In this document: positions 22,489 to 32,568 of the stretch, piece by piece | How the letters are laid out: every line of letters starts with the position of its first letter | Position numbering within the stretch: the first letter of the stretch is position 1 | NCBI GenBank assembly: GCA_041651055.1 | Contig: JBAZJW010000001.1 | Location: 20,737 to 84,736, forward strand | DNA: 64,000 nucleotides | Direction of reading: 5' to 3' | Source of the DNA: Minisyncoccota bacterium | GTDB taxonomy: Bacteria > Patescibacteriota > Minisyncoccia > Phycocordibacterales > UBA5272 | Made by a program: the position numbers and the translations under genes | The notes under the pieces: generated by a model | What the model was told of the DNA's origin: nothing | The model's input: only the letters and a program-made list of their open reading frames with translations | Databases searched by the model: none

Positions 22489-22556
22489 ATAAAATTGAAA
22501 TAAAAAAGCGCGCGGTCCAACCAAATGGATCCGCGCACTGTGTGGCTGTCGCCGTT

Positions 22557-22838
22557 TCAGGCGACAGCAGATTCTTTCGACTGAATTGCTTCTGCAAGTA
22601 GTCGGGCAACCCTGAACTCACCTTCGTGGCTCAAGTAGTGATTGATGTCGCCCACGACATCAATCAGCCCTTTTCTTTTCAGCGAATCCCTCAGGCGTGC
22701 GAGATGGGAGATATTGCATCCGTACCCATCTTTGATCAGCATTTCTTTAATGCCGGCGAGGTCTTTTCCGGATTCATGCGATAGTGCAAGCAGTATCGCA
22801 TCTTCTGAAATTCCGGCCGCATGAATTATTTTTCTCAT
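22557..22838 (-). CDS. Winged-helix protein
   Basis: ILLAL...SLKRKGLI...YLSHEG pattern. Confidence 0.55.
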   Translation of the reverse strand: MRKIIHAAGISEDAILLALSHESGKDLAGIKEMLIKDGYGCNISHLARLRDSLKRKGLIDVVGDINHYLSHEGEFRVARLLAEAIQSKESAVA

Positions 22839-22867
22839 TGGAGATTCTTGGTTTTGACCGTTACCAA

Positions 22868-23134
22868 TTAACCTGCCATGACGGGGACTGTCGCCAACTG
22901 TTGTTGACCAAGGGGTGTCAGGGTATGGACGTACCCCGTTTGTTCGACGAATCCTTTGGTCACCGCTTCGGTCCGTGCTTTCGCAACGTCCAACAGCGTG
23001 AAGGTGATCTCTGGGTATTTTTTAGCCAGCATCTCCTTGATGCTGCTGATCGTGCATCCACCCTCGATGGACTGGTTGTTTGCAACAATCTCAAGGAAGT
23101 CGCTTTCACTTACCAGGTTTTTGTTAGGGACCAT
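22868..23134 (-). CDS. Winged-helix protein
   Basis: AVTKGFVE...HTLTPLG pattern. Confidence 0.55.
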   Translation of the reverse strand: MVPNKNLVSESDFLEIVANNQSIEGGCTISSIKEMLAKKYPEITFTLLDVAKARTEAVTKGFVEQTGYVHTLTPLGQQQLATVPVMAG

Positions 23135-23279
23135 TTTAAAGAATCTCCGGTAGTTCTGCCTTCCAAAATTGGTCGGTCAGGTTTTGTATACTAACACTCA
23201 ATTCAACTATTGTAAAGTATTCATTGTGAATATAAAAGGCCACCGTGGGGTGGCCTTGATTGTGCGCACCTTGTTTTGG

Positions 23280-23630
23280 TTACGCGCAGGCTTCTTCTTT
23301 GATGTTCGGAGACGTCGACCATCCAAGATGGGCGGGCCTCCATTGCCCGATTTCATCAAGGAATTCCTTGCCGGAATCCGTGATCTCGAAAACTGCATGT
23401 CCACGTTCATCGTCCGAACGATAGATGTAGTTGTCGCGGGCAAGCTCAGAGCAAGGGTGTTCGATGCCCCCAATTTCGTAGAGCTTGCCAAAAAGCTTTG
23501 CCACTTCGGATTGAATACTTTCTCTGGCCAAAGGGCCCGACGTGTACAAAACATGCAGAATGCGTGCATGGCGCTTCGCAACGGTTTCAATTTGAAGTGG
23601 CGGCACAGGGCTGATCGTAAACTGATTCAT
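23280..23630 (-). CDS. Winged-helix (PadR-like) protein
   Basis: ILHVL...ELARDNYI...FEITDSGKEFL; AGGAG RBS. Confidence 0.6.
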   Translation of the reverse strand: MNQFTISPVPPLQIETVAKRHARILHVLYTSGPLARESIQSEVAKLFGKLYEIGGIEHPCSELARDNYIYRSDDERGHAVFEITDSGKEFLDEIGQWRPAHLGWSTSPNIKEEACA

Positions 23631-23736
23631 TCGATGCTCCTAGGTATTCTGTGTTTCGAACAACCGAAACACAGAATATAAATACTACTACGACTTTTCC
23701 CTTTCGTAAAGAAATACGGTATAATCACCATTACTT

Positions 23737-23900
23737 GCCGGAGTGGTTCAAGGAACGAAGGTGACGCAGACGTCCGTAGCTAGCAAGCGAATTAGCAAAT
23801 TCGTGGCTTGGCCCTAGGACGATGAATGGTTCCATTCCGTACAGATGTATAATACTTATGTAATGATATATGAGTAAAAATAAACAATAAAAATAATAAT
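23737..23900 (+). other. tRNA 5' leader element starting with a duplicate of the tRNA-Leu 5' end
   Basis: GCCGGAGTGG duplicated; internal motif shared with 36002-36148. Confidence 0.7.
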
Positions 23901-23981
23901 GCCGGAGTGGCGGAATGGTAGACGCGCACGACTCAAAATCGTGTATCGCAAGGTGTGAGAGTTCGAGTCTCTCCTCCGGCA
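23901..23981 (+). tRNA. tRNA-Leu(CAA)
   Basis: Cloverleaf; CACGA-CTCAAAA-TCGTG anticodon arm, long variable arm, GTTCGAGT T-loop. Confidence 0.95.
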
Positions 23982-24160
23982 CATACAAAGAAAAATACCT
24001 CATTTAATAATGAGGTATTTTTCTTTGTATAGTGTTGGGTACGAGAAAGCAAGCCAACTGCTTGGCTTGCGGAGACGAGAATACGGGGTCGCGAAACTAC
24101 TTCGATCCGCCAGCTGGCGGAGAGGTAGTTTTGTGACCGAGTCCCACCTCCGACAAATAC
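23982..24160 (+). repeat. tRNA 3' mirror element (degenerate copy)
   Basis: CTGC hairpin 24049-24070; GGTCGCGAAACTAC..GTAGTTTTGTGACC; direct 3' copy 24138-24160. Confidence 0.85.
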
Positions 24161-24354
24161 TCAGAAAAAGCCTTATTTTAAAGGCTTTTCTCTATTGACT
24201 TTTAAAGTATATTGTGCTATGATACATAGGCTACTAAATAAATTTAGAGAATCGCTGAATAAGCTTTTCTCGGATTAATTTAGGGTTGTTTCTGAAGGGG
24301 TGGTCATACTCATTCGGAAGCATTGTACTTTGCACAACCAAAAAGGAGTGCACT

Positions 24355-24756
24355 ATGACTACTTCGAAAGAAGCGTTTGATTTAGCTCTTGCCTTCACGG
24401 GAAAAAGCGTCGTCGTTCGGAACATCAAGACCGGCGATAAGTTGGCCATGGATCTGATCCAGCTGATTCCGGGACTTCCTGTGATCGGCGTCTGCTTGCA
24501 TAACGGCGAGCCCAAGAACTGGTCCTCAACACCAGTTACCTTTATCACTGCCGGTGATTCTAGTGGGCCTGGAGAGTTGGCCGACGGCGAACTGATGGTT
24601 CGCACAACTTCTGGGGGATATATTTTGTCACCTGTGTTGTCCAGTGGACGCATGCAGGGCGGAGTGATCTTCGAAGAGAAGGTGTACTGCGGTATCACGC
24701 GCTCAGTCTCGAGCAGGGTTGAGGTTAGCTTTTACCATCACGGTCACAAGGGGTAA
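24355..24756 (+). CDS. Hypothetical protein
   Basis: AAGGAG RBS. Confidence 0.6.
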   Translation: MTTSKEAFDLALAFTGKSVVVRNIKTGDKLAMDLIQLIPGLPVIGVCLHNGEPKNWSSTPVTFITAGDSSGPGELADGELMVRTTSGGYILSPVLSSGRMQGGVIFEEKVYCGITRSVSSRVEVSFYHHGHKG

Positions 24757-24760
24757 TATC

Positions 24761-25123
24761 ATGCAAGTCAAAGACTACATCGCGAGCCGCGAATCGTTCG
24801 TCAAAAACGGAATACGGTTCCAGATCGTCTCCGTTGCAGGGGGTGCCGACACGCACATGTCTGACAGGATGATGTGCTCAAGCATTCGTAAGTCGAACAA
24901 GGAAGGAACCAACGGCGTGAGGATTCCTTACACCGGTGGTTTCATGCCAGGCTTCTATGCTTTCATGACCGAATCGGACCTTTCCAGGGCCGTGGATGTC
25001 TTGGCTGAGGAATCTCGGGAGAACGAAGTCCAGTTCATTCTGGATGACGAACTCACCGAAGAACTGGGCGCCCGCGCTCGGTACTTCTATCAGATGCGAG
25101 TGCTCCGTTCACGCGTGGTCTGA
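24761..25123 (+). CDS. Hypothetical protein
   Basis: Directly follows the previous ORF; terminator at 25141-25169. Confidence 0.55.
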   Translation: MQVKDYIASRESFVKNGIRFQIVSVAGGADTHMSDRMMCSSIRKSNKEGTNGVRIPYTGGFMPGFYAFMTESDLSRAVDVLAEESRENEVQFILDDELTEELGARARYFYQMRVLRSRVV

Positions 25124-25267
25124 GTTTTTGTTTCCAACACCCCCGCAGTCTCATGACTGCGGGTTTTTTATGTTTAATCTTCTTAAAAACCAAAAAATAA
25201 TTTATCTTCCTCTTTACTATAAACTGTCGACTCTAGACTATCTTTGATATACTCTCCTCATAATCAT

Positions 25268-26416
25268 ATGGCAGGACAAATCGAAGGCTCAATTTTTTGG
25301 ATAGAGATAGACAAAATTATACCGAACCCGTATCAACCACGGCGTGAATTCGATCAGGACAGATTGAAGGAGCTTTCGGATAGTATTCGTCAGTACGGAG
25401 TGCTGCAACCACTTGTGGTTTCTCGTCAGGAGACAATGCTCGAAAATGGCGGTGTAAAGGTGGAATACGAGCTCATTGCAGGAGAACGTCGTCTTCGCGC
25501 TTCCAAGCTCGCTGGACTCACTCAGGTGCCTGTGGTGGTGCGTACAGGGGACGACAGTAGAGCAAAACTCGAGCTTGCTATCATCGAGAACCTTCAGCGT
25601 GAAGATTTGAATGCCGTCGAACGTGCTCAGTCCTTTCAACGTCTTGCAGATGAGTTCAAGCTCACCTGGGCAGATGTCGGACGAAAAGTAGGAAAGAGTC
25701 GTGAGTATGTTTCCAACACGGTGCGTATTCTCATGCTTCCTCAGGATATTCTAGACGCTCTTTCAAAAGGGCAGATTAGCGAAGGACATACTCGCCCACT
25801 TCTCATGCTCATCGATAGACCAGCAGAGCAGATGACACTCTTCAAAGAAATGATGGTGCGAAAAATGACCGTGCGCGAGGCAGAGCAAATTGCTCGTCGT
25901 ATCGCTTTTGAAAAAGTTCGTAAAAAGGATTTGTTTATGACGCCAGAAGTAGTAGATATGGAAGAACGTCTCGCAGAGACGCTCGGTACACGTGTACAAA
26001 TAGAACCGCGCGAACGTGGTGGTCGTATTTGGATTGATTATTTTTCACACGAAGAATTACTCGCACTCTCTATTGCTATTCGTAAGGCAGGGGAGGAAAA
26101 GACACACAAGGGTATGTTTGATAAATTAAAAGAGGAAGACATGGCGACATTGCAAGCAGTGCCAGATACTGAGCGCTACATCAAGCCGGTGACGGAGTTT
26201 ACCCACCTTGGACAAGAAGAGCACGTAGTGGAGAGGGAAGAGCAAAGAGGTGAGAGTGAAATACATAACGCCGGAGTGACAGAGACATCCAGTGAAGCTA
26301 TTGAAATTGATGATTACAAAACAGAAGCTGTTTCTGCTGATGACAGATCAACAGATGATGTAAAAGCTGAAGAGCAGAATGATGATTTGTACAACGTGAG
26401 GAATTTTGCACTCTAA
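25268..26416 (+). CDS. parB: ParB/Spo0J partitioning protein with acidic tail
   Basis: PNPYQPR, IAGERRLRA and ENLQREDLN motifs, HTH. Confidence 0.93.
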   Translation: MAGQIEGSIFWIEIDKIIPNPYQPRREFDQDRLKELSDSIRQYGVLQPLVVSRQETMLENGGVKVEYELIAGERRLRASKLAGLTQVPVVVRTGDDSRAKLELAIIENLQREDLNAVERAQSFQRLADEFKLTWADVGRKVGKSREYVSNTVRILMLPQDILDALSKGQISEGHTRPLLMLIDRPAEQMTLFKEMMVRKMTVREAEQIARRIAFEKVRKKDLFMTPEVVDMEERLAETLGTRVQIEPRERGGRIWIDYFSHEELLALSIAIRKAGEEKTHKGMFDKLKEEDMATLQAVPDTERYIKPVTEFTHLGQEEHVVEREEQRGESEIHNAGVTETSSEAIEIDDYKTEAVSADDRSTDDVKAEEQNDDLYNVRNFAL

Positions 26417-26531
26417 GATACGTTAGGGGCTAACAGTTAGGGGTTAGGAGTAGATGCGAAAAAGACAAGAGGCGCGCCTCTTGTCTTGTATTAACCCACA
26501 ACTCCTAACTGCCAACCCCTAACGGCCCTCA

Positions 26532-28016
26532 TTATCTCGTCAAAAGTTTATCCAAAATACCTCCATGCTCGCGTATGTGTTGGCGAATCTTTCTTTTGGC
26601 AAGTGTGGTGCGTGCCATATCTATCCATTTTCTTTTTGGTGAAGCGCTTTCTTTTACATCAATTTCCACAACGTCACGACTTTGCAGTACGGTGTCGAGT
26701 GGTACGAGCTTTCCATTTACTTTTGCCCCTGCAGTATGGTCACCTATGTCTGAGTGCACAGTGTATGCGAAATCAATGGTCGTCGACCCTTCTGGAAGAT
26801 CTATGACGTCACCTTTTGGTGTTAAAATAAATACACGTTTTTCAAAAAAGTCTGTTTTTAAATTGCTCATGAACTCTTTATGATGTTCGACATCCTTTTG
26901 CCATTCGAGTAATTCTTTGGTCCAGCCAATTTTCTTTTTTATTTCTTGTTCACTACCATTCTTTCCAACTTCTTTGTAATTCAAATGAGAGGCGATACCA
27001 TATTCAGCTTCTTTGTGCATGTCTTTCGTGCGTATCTGTATTTCAAGTGTATTCCCGTCACCAGAAAATATCGTAGTGTGAAGTGAACGGTAGCCGTTTG
27101 GTTTCGGTACAGCAATGTAATCCTTGAATCGTCCAGGAACAGGTCTATAGAGACCGTGAATCACGCCGAGCGCCTGATAACAATCTCCGACAGTGGGCAC
27201 AATGATACGCAGTGCGACGACATCGTGAATTTTTGAGCTATCCATCTTATATCGTTTCAATTTTTGCCACAATGAATAGAGATGCTTCACGCGGTGATCG
27301 ATGCGTTCTATTTCTACATCAAAGGTGGTGAGCTCTTCCTCAAGCGTTGCTACAACTTTCTCTAGTTGCTCGTCAGACACAGGGCGAATGCCTTCGAAAA
27401 GTTCAAGAGTCTTTTTGTATTCCTCTGGATAGACGTAAGGGAAGGCGGCGTCTTCGAGTTGTGCTTTTAAGCGTCCCATTCCGAGTCTATCGGCGAGACG
27501 AGCGTGTATTTCAAGGGTTTCTAAGGCGATTCGCTTTTGCTTTTCTGGAGAAACATATTCTAGTGTCTGGATATTGTGAAGTCTGTCACAGAGTTTAATA
27601 ACCACGACACGGATATCATCTGCCATAGCAACGAAGAATTTTCGAAGTGATTCGACGTGACGTTCTGCTCCTGAATAGCGAAGTTTTCCGAGCTTGGTTA
27701 CACCTTCGACAAGTTTGGTGATATGTTCGCCGAATTCTGCGGTCATTTCTTCATGGGTTATCGAAGTGTCTTCGAGGACATCATGCATGATACCGGCGGC
27801 GATTGTTTCGGCGTCCATTTTGAGTGTTGCTAGGTTGAAGCCCGTTGCGAAGACGTGATTGTAGTAGGGTTCACCGGACTTTCGAAGTTGACCTTCGTGT
27901 GCTTTTTCTGCAAAAACACATGCCCGCAAAATGAGATTCTTATCTTCCTCTTTCATGTCCGGAAGAAGTGCAAAAATGCGGCTTGGGTTTGTGTCTGCAA
28001 AGTTCTGTGATTCCAT
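26532..28016 (-). CDS. RelA/SpoT family (p)ppGpp synthetase/hydrolase (HD-SYNTH-TGS)
   Basis: RKSGEPY..H, HD, KDYIAVPKPNGYRSLHT, EIQIRT, TGS domain. Confidence 0.95.
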   Translation of the reverse strand: MESQNFADTNPSRIFALLPDMKEEDKNLILRACVFAEKAHEGQLRKSGEPYYNHVFATGFNLATLKMDAETIAAGIMHDVLEDTSITHEEMTAEFGEHITKLVEGVTKLGKLRYSGAERHVESLRKFFVAMADDIRVVVIKLCDRLHNIQTLEYVSPEKQKRIALETLEIHARLADRLGMGRLKAQLEDAAFPYVYPEEYKKTLELFEGIRPVSDEQLEKVVATLEEELTTFDVEIERIDHRVKHLYSLWQKLKRYKMDSSKIHDVVALRIIVPTVGDCYQALGVIHGLYRPVPGRFKDYIAVPKPNGYRSLHTTIFSGDGNTLEIQIRTKDMHKEAEYGIASHLNYKEVGKNGSEQEIKKKIGWTKELLEWQKDVEHHKEFMSNLKTDFFEKRVFILTPKGDVIDLPEGSTTIDFAYTVHSDIGDHTAGAKVNGKLVPLDTVLQSRDVVEIDVKESASPKRKWIDMARTTLAKRKIRQHIREHGGILDKLLTR

Positions 28017-28100
28017 CTCTTTACTATACAGTTTCTCGTTTTTAGTTTCAAGTTTTTAGTAAACAAAAAAGTGGCCCACCAATTGATGGACCACCCGAAG

Positions 28101-28826
28101 TTACATGCGGCGATTAATGCCGAAGATATAACCTTTGATATTCAGTTCATTGAAGAGCGACCGTGATCGTAAAGCGGCCTTCTCCTTCTGTTCTGCTTCG
28201 CAGGAAATCAGACGGAGAACTCCTAGTGCAAATGAAAACAGCTGACGAGGTCGTTTCTCGAGAACGGTTTCGATACGCTCAAGAGCTTTCCCTTCTATGG
28301 TTGAACCGATCTTGTGGTATTCGGCCGACATGAGAGTGATACGTTCCGGCAAATTCGGATGTTTCTTGTCCATCTTTGTGACTTTGCCTTCGTACCACTC
28401 GAGGTACAGGGCTCCACCGTTGGTTAAGCAGAATCGCGTGAGGAGCTGTACGTCTCCCAGTTCCCAAGAGGCTTTCGGCTCTTTGAATTCAGGAAGAAGT
28501 ACATAGTCGGCACTCAGTGTTGCTATCCGGGTTTGCGTGTTGTAGTCTGAGTCACTTGGACGAAGACCAGCATCCATGCCTTGAATGTAGTACCGCCGCA
28601 CACTATGTGTACTCAAGGGGTCACCGAAGTTGTCCGAGTGCCACGAACGAAAACCTGTGCCGCCTTTGTGTCCACCGCTATAGTGACTCTCCAAAGGTCT
28701 GACATACATTCGAAGTAATTTCAGGCGTTCGAACACGTTTAGTTCATCGATAGAGACGCTGACGTCTCCATCGGCGATCCCGACCACGTCAAGCTGACTT
28801 TTCATGGTCTTTCTCCTTTTGCTCAT
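28101..28826 (-). CDS. Hypothetical protein
   Basis: 241-aa ORF; the start may be 28805 after AGGAG. Confidence 0.6.
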   Translation of the reverse strand: MSKRRKTMKSQLDVVGIADGDVSVSIDELNVFERLKLLRMYVRPLESHYSGGHKGGTGFRSWHSDNFGDPLSTHSVRRYYIQGMDAGLRPSDSDYNTQTRIATLSADYVLLPEFKEPKASWELGDVQLLTRFCLTNGGALYLEWYEGKVTKMDKKHPNLPERITLMSAEYHKIGSTIEGKALERIETVLEKRPRQLFSFALGVLRLISCEAEQKEKAALRSRSLFNELNIKGYIFGINRRM

Positions 28827-29004
28827 TAAAGAGCTTTGGTTAACCGGAATACACCGGCACTTGTATCATCCTATTATTTTGTAGATATAAAGTCAAAAAA
28901 GTAATAGATAGTTATGTTTATGGAAAATACGAAAGAAACAGAGCCTTCGCCAGCAGGCGGAGGCTCTGTTTCTTGTGTTGTATGAACTAATTACCAATAA
29001 CTAA

Positions 29005-31215
29005 TTACTTCTTTTGATCCATTTTATGAGGATTATGCATTGGGCAGAGTTTATCGCTGCATCGTTCTGGAATTGTTTTGGTTCCCTCCATCATGAGTTC
29101 GCCGCATTCTGTTCCGTCTTCTTTTCTGTAGGTACAGCGATTGCCTGTTGGTCGTGTCTTGATAATGTGTTTACAGTCAGGATAATTTGAACATGAAAAG
29201 AAAATTCCAAAGCGACCTTTTCGTTCTTCCATGTAGCCGTCTTTACACTTATTACAGCTCACACCCGTTGAGTTTGCTTTTCGCATCTCTTCATCTTGTT
29301 CGATATATTTACACTTCGGATAGTTTGAACAGGCGATGAACTTGCCATACTTTCCTTCACGTTCCATCAGATCTCCTTTTTCACACTTTGGACATTTCTT
29401 ATCGAGTTTCTTTGGTCCTTCCATGACTTCACCATCCATCTTTCTCGCTCCCATACAATCTGGATAACGAATACATGAATAAAACTTTCCATTTTTGGCA
29501 AGCTTGATTACCATGTTCGCATCACACAGTGGACATTGCATTCCTTCTGGAGCGTCTCCCATGTTGGTTGCTTTCTCGAGACTTTCCTTTGACTTCACGT
29601 CTTTCAAAAATGGACCATAAAAGTCAGTGAGCGTTTTTAGGTATGTCGCTTTTCCATCCGCAATGGCGTCTAACTTATCTTCCATCTCAGCCGTGAAGGT
29701 ATCACTAATGTATGCTGCGAGATTATCTTCAAGGAACGAAATAACTACTTCACCGGTATCTGTCGGGTGCAATGCTTTGTTTACTTTTTCTACATAGCCA
29801 CGAGCTTCAATGGTTGAAAGAATAGATGCGTATGTCGAAGGTCGTCCGATGCCACGCTTTTCGAGTTCCTTCACGAGACCTGCTTCGGTGTAGCGGTTTG
29901 GTGGTTCGGTTGCTTTTTCGATGGCTTGCAAGGTTTTTAATATCAAATCATCGCCAACTTTTAATTCAGGCAAAAGGACGTCATCGCCGCGCGCATCTTG
30001 ATCTACTGTTAACCATCCAGGGAAAACAACAATAGAACCATTTACAGAAAAGTTCGGAATACTCTTCGAAGGAATATTCGCGATGACTTTACTACGCTTC
30101 AACTTCGCATCTTTCATTTGACTTGCGACGGTGCGTTCCCAGATGAGTGAATAGAGACGCTTTTCATCGTCTGTAGTACCTGCGCTTCGCGATGTGGCAT
30201 GCGTCGGACGGATAGCTTCATGGGCTTCCTGTGCGTTTTTTGATTTTGTTTTGTACTGACGCACCTCGAGCAATTCTTTTCCGTAATTTTTTTCGATGAC
30301 AGAACTTATTTCGGCAACAGCGACAGCAGAAATAGTCGTACTATCGGTACGCATGTAGGTGATGAGACCTTTTTCGTATAACTTTTGAGCGATACCCATC
30401 GTGCGAGATGGTGAATAGCCGAGACGAGATGACGCGGCTTGTTGAAGGGTCGATGTCGTAAATGGTGCTTTTGGTGAACGTGATACTTCGGTGCTTTCGA
30501 CAGACACAACTTCCCAGTTTGAATTCTTTCCTTCTTTTACAATTCTCTCTGCTTCCGCTTTTTCTTTTGGTTGTACTTCACATTCGAGAATGAGCGTGTA
30601 GGTTTTGCTTTCCTTCATGCGACCAACGGTTGTGTATTCACCCGCGATGACGTAGTAGGTGACAGGAATAAACGCGCGGATTTCACGTTCGCGTTCCATG
30701 ATGATGCGAAGTGCGGGGGACTGTACACGGCCAGCCGAAAGTCCGTAGCGTACTTTTTTCCAAATGATGCCAGAGAGATCATAGCCTACGAGACGGTCGA
30801 GCACGCGGCGCGCTTCTTGCGCTTCTTTCAAGTTCATGTCGATTTCTCGAGGGTGAAGCAACGCTTCTTTGATAGCTACTTCTGTGATTTCGTGGAAGGC
30901 GACACGCTTTGCACCTTTCAAATCGCACGCCTCTTGTATGTGCCACGCGATAGCCTCTCCTTCTCGGTCGGGGTCGGTTGCGAGAATGACTTCATTAGAT
31001 CGCTTGGCGAGAGCCTTGATATCCGCGATAACTTTTTCCTTCCCAGCACTCACTTCGTAATGAGGAATGAATCCGCCTTCGATATCCACGGCCTTCTTGT
31101 TACTCTTCGGCAGGTCTCTCACATGACCAATAGACGCACGCACTTCGTATGCACCGTCTAGATATTTTGCAATTGTTTTTGCCTTCGAAGGGCTTTCTAC
31201 GATGAGGAGTTTCAT
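29005..31215 (-). CDS. topA: DNA topoisomerase I
   Basis: LIVESPSKA, ATDPDREGE, SAGRVQ, ITYMRTD, C-terminal Zn ribbons. Confidence 0.98.
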   Translation of the reverse strand: MKLLIVESPSKAKTIAKYLDGAYEVRASIGHVRDLPKSNKKAVDIEGGFIPHYEVSAGKEKVIADIKALAKRSNEVILATDPDREGEAIAWHIQEACDLKGAKRVAFHEITEVAIKEALLHPREIDMNLKEAQEARRVLDRLVGYDLSGIIWKKVRYGLSAGRVQSPALRIIMEREREIRAFIPVTYYVIAGEYTTVGRMKESKTYTLILECEVQPKEKAEAERIVKEGKNSNWEVVSVESTEVSRSPKAPFTTSTLQQAASSRLGYSPSRTMGIAQKLYEKGLITYMRTDSTTISAVAVAEISSVIEKNYGKELLEVRQYKTKSKNAQEAHEAIRPTHATSRSAGTTDDEKRLYSLIWERTVASQMKDAKLKRSKVIANIPSKSIPNFSVNGSIVVFPGWLTVDQDARGDDVLLPELKVGDDLILKTLQAIEKATEPPNRYTEAGLVKELEKRGIGRPSTYASILSTIEARGYVEKVNKALHPTDTGEVVISFLEDNLAAYISDTFTAEMEDKLDAIADGKATYLKTLTDFYGPFLKDVKSKESLEKATNMGDAPEGMQCPLCDANMVIKLAKNGKFYSCIRYPDCMGARKMDGEVMEGPKKLDKKCPKCEKGDLMEREGKYGKFIACSNYPKCKYIEQDEEMRKANSTGVSCNKCKDGYMEERKGRFGIFFSCSNYPDCKHIIKTRPTGNRCTYRKEDGTECGELMMEGTKTIPERCSDKLCPMHNPHKMDQKK

Positions 31216-31346
31216 GGGTAGTAATTGGTCATTAGTTATTAGTAATTAGTTACGGAAATATGTTCGCATTCCATGTATAGTATCACATCACTGGGTGGAG
31301 GTTCATGTATTTACTAATGACTAATACCTATAAACTAATGACTACC

Positions 31347-32231
31347 CTACACTATTCTTCGCACTTCGCCAAATGTTTCTTGTATGACACCTTTCATTTC
31401 GAGCGATGAAAGAGTGATGAGGAATGCAGTCGGAGTGAGCTCGCTTTTGATAAGTAGTAAATCTTTTTCGGTGGGTTCGATGAGAATATCGAGAATCTTT
31501 TTTTCTTGAGGTGAATAATCGTACGCTACTTCTTTTGTTTCTTTTTTTGAAAGATGAAGGAGGGCGTAGAGGTCCTCGGCGTTTGTGATACTGTACGCGC
31601 CGTCGCGGATGAGGAGATTGGTACCGGCGGATGTTGGGGAGAATATTTCTCCAGGGACGGCTCCGATATCGCGTCCGAGTTCGAGGCCTTGTCTTGAGGT
31701 GATGAGGGCACCAGACTTGTCAGACGCTTCGATAACAAGTATGGCGTCAGAAAGCGCAGCGACGATACGATTGCGTGAGGGGAATGTCCACTGTGCTGCG
31801 CCAGTTTCAGGTGGTAATTCTGAAATGAGTACACCGCCTGCTGTTACGATGTCAGAAGCGAGATGGACATGGGCACGAGGGTACAAAACTTTGTGATCGA
31901 GTCCACTTCCGGGGATGGCGATTGTTTGTATATTATTTTTGAGAGCGGACATGTGGGCTATACCATCGATACCGAGAGCGAGACCAGAAAGAATGACAAC
32001 TTCTTCGCCTGCCAGGTCTCGCAGTAATTTCTCGACAACATTTTTTCCATAGCTTGTATGTTTGCGCGAGCCGATGATAGAGAGAATGCGTGGTGTGGCT
32101 CTGCCGTACTCGTCGATGGTGATGTTGGGAAGGTCTCCTTCTATATAGAGTGTGTCGGGAATATCGTGAAGTTCGAGGAGGCGGGAGAGGAGGGGATGAT
32201 TTTGAAATTCATTTTGAGAAATGATATGCAT
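31347..32231 (-). CDS. dprA: DNA-processing protein DprA
   Basis: IGSR, SGLALGID, FPSRNRIV and SGALIT motifs; upstream of topA. Confidence 0.95.
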   Translation of the reverse strand: MHIISQNEFQNHPLLSRLLELHDIPDTLYIEGDLPNITIDEYGRATPRILSIIGSRKHTSYGKNVVEKLLRDLAGEEVVILSGLALGIDGIAHMSALKNNIQTIAIPGSGLDHKVLYPRAHVHLASDIVTAGGVLISELPPETGAAQWTFPSRNRIVAALSDAILVIEASDKSGALITSRQGLELGRDIGAVPGEIFSPTSAGTNLLIRDGAYSITNAEDLYALLHLSKKETKEVAYDYSPQEKKILDILIEPTEKDLLLIKSELTPTAFLITLSSLEMKGVIQETFGEVRRIV

Positions 32232-32260
32232 GGATTAAGTATAGCGTGAACTTGGATAAA

Positions 32261-32367
32261 TTATTCACAACGATGTGTAAACCAAACGATGTATCCGCCT
32301 ACTGGCGGATCATCTCACTCTCCCGCCGTCGCGGTCCGAGAGTTGGTTTACACATCGTTGTGAATAA
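32261..32367. repeat. 107-bp element with perfect 25-bp terminal inverted repeats (MITE-like)
   Basis: 32261-32285 is the exact reverse complement of 32343-32367. Confidence 0.8.
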
Positions 32368-32568
32368 TCATTTTCAAAATTGAAGGGAGGGGTGAAGGGG
32401 CGCGGCTTTGGCCGCGCCCCAGGGGATACATACAATAAAAAACAGGGGCAACTGTTTCCGTGTACATCACTGGTGTGGTCTCGCGTTACGAGCCCAACTG
32501 TTTTGTATGCGGAAGCAAATTGCTCCTGCTATGATTTGTTGTCGCTGTTGTCTCAGCGTAGAAAGGTG

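Noticed and set aside
23731-24198. ORFs 23731-24003 (-) and 24010-24198 (+) sharing the start MRYFSLY
   Set aside because: Artefact of the inverted repeat after tRNA-Leu(CAA); ORFs over the other tRNAs and elements are rejected likewise.
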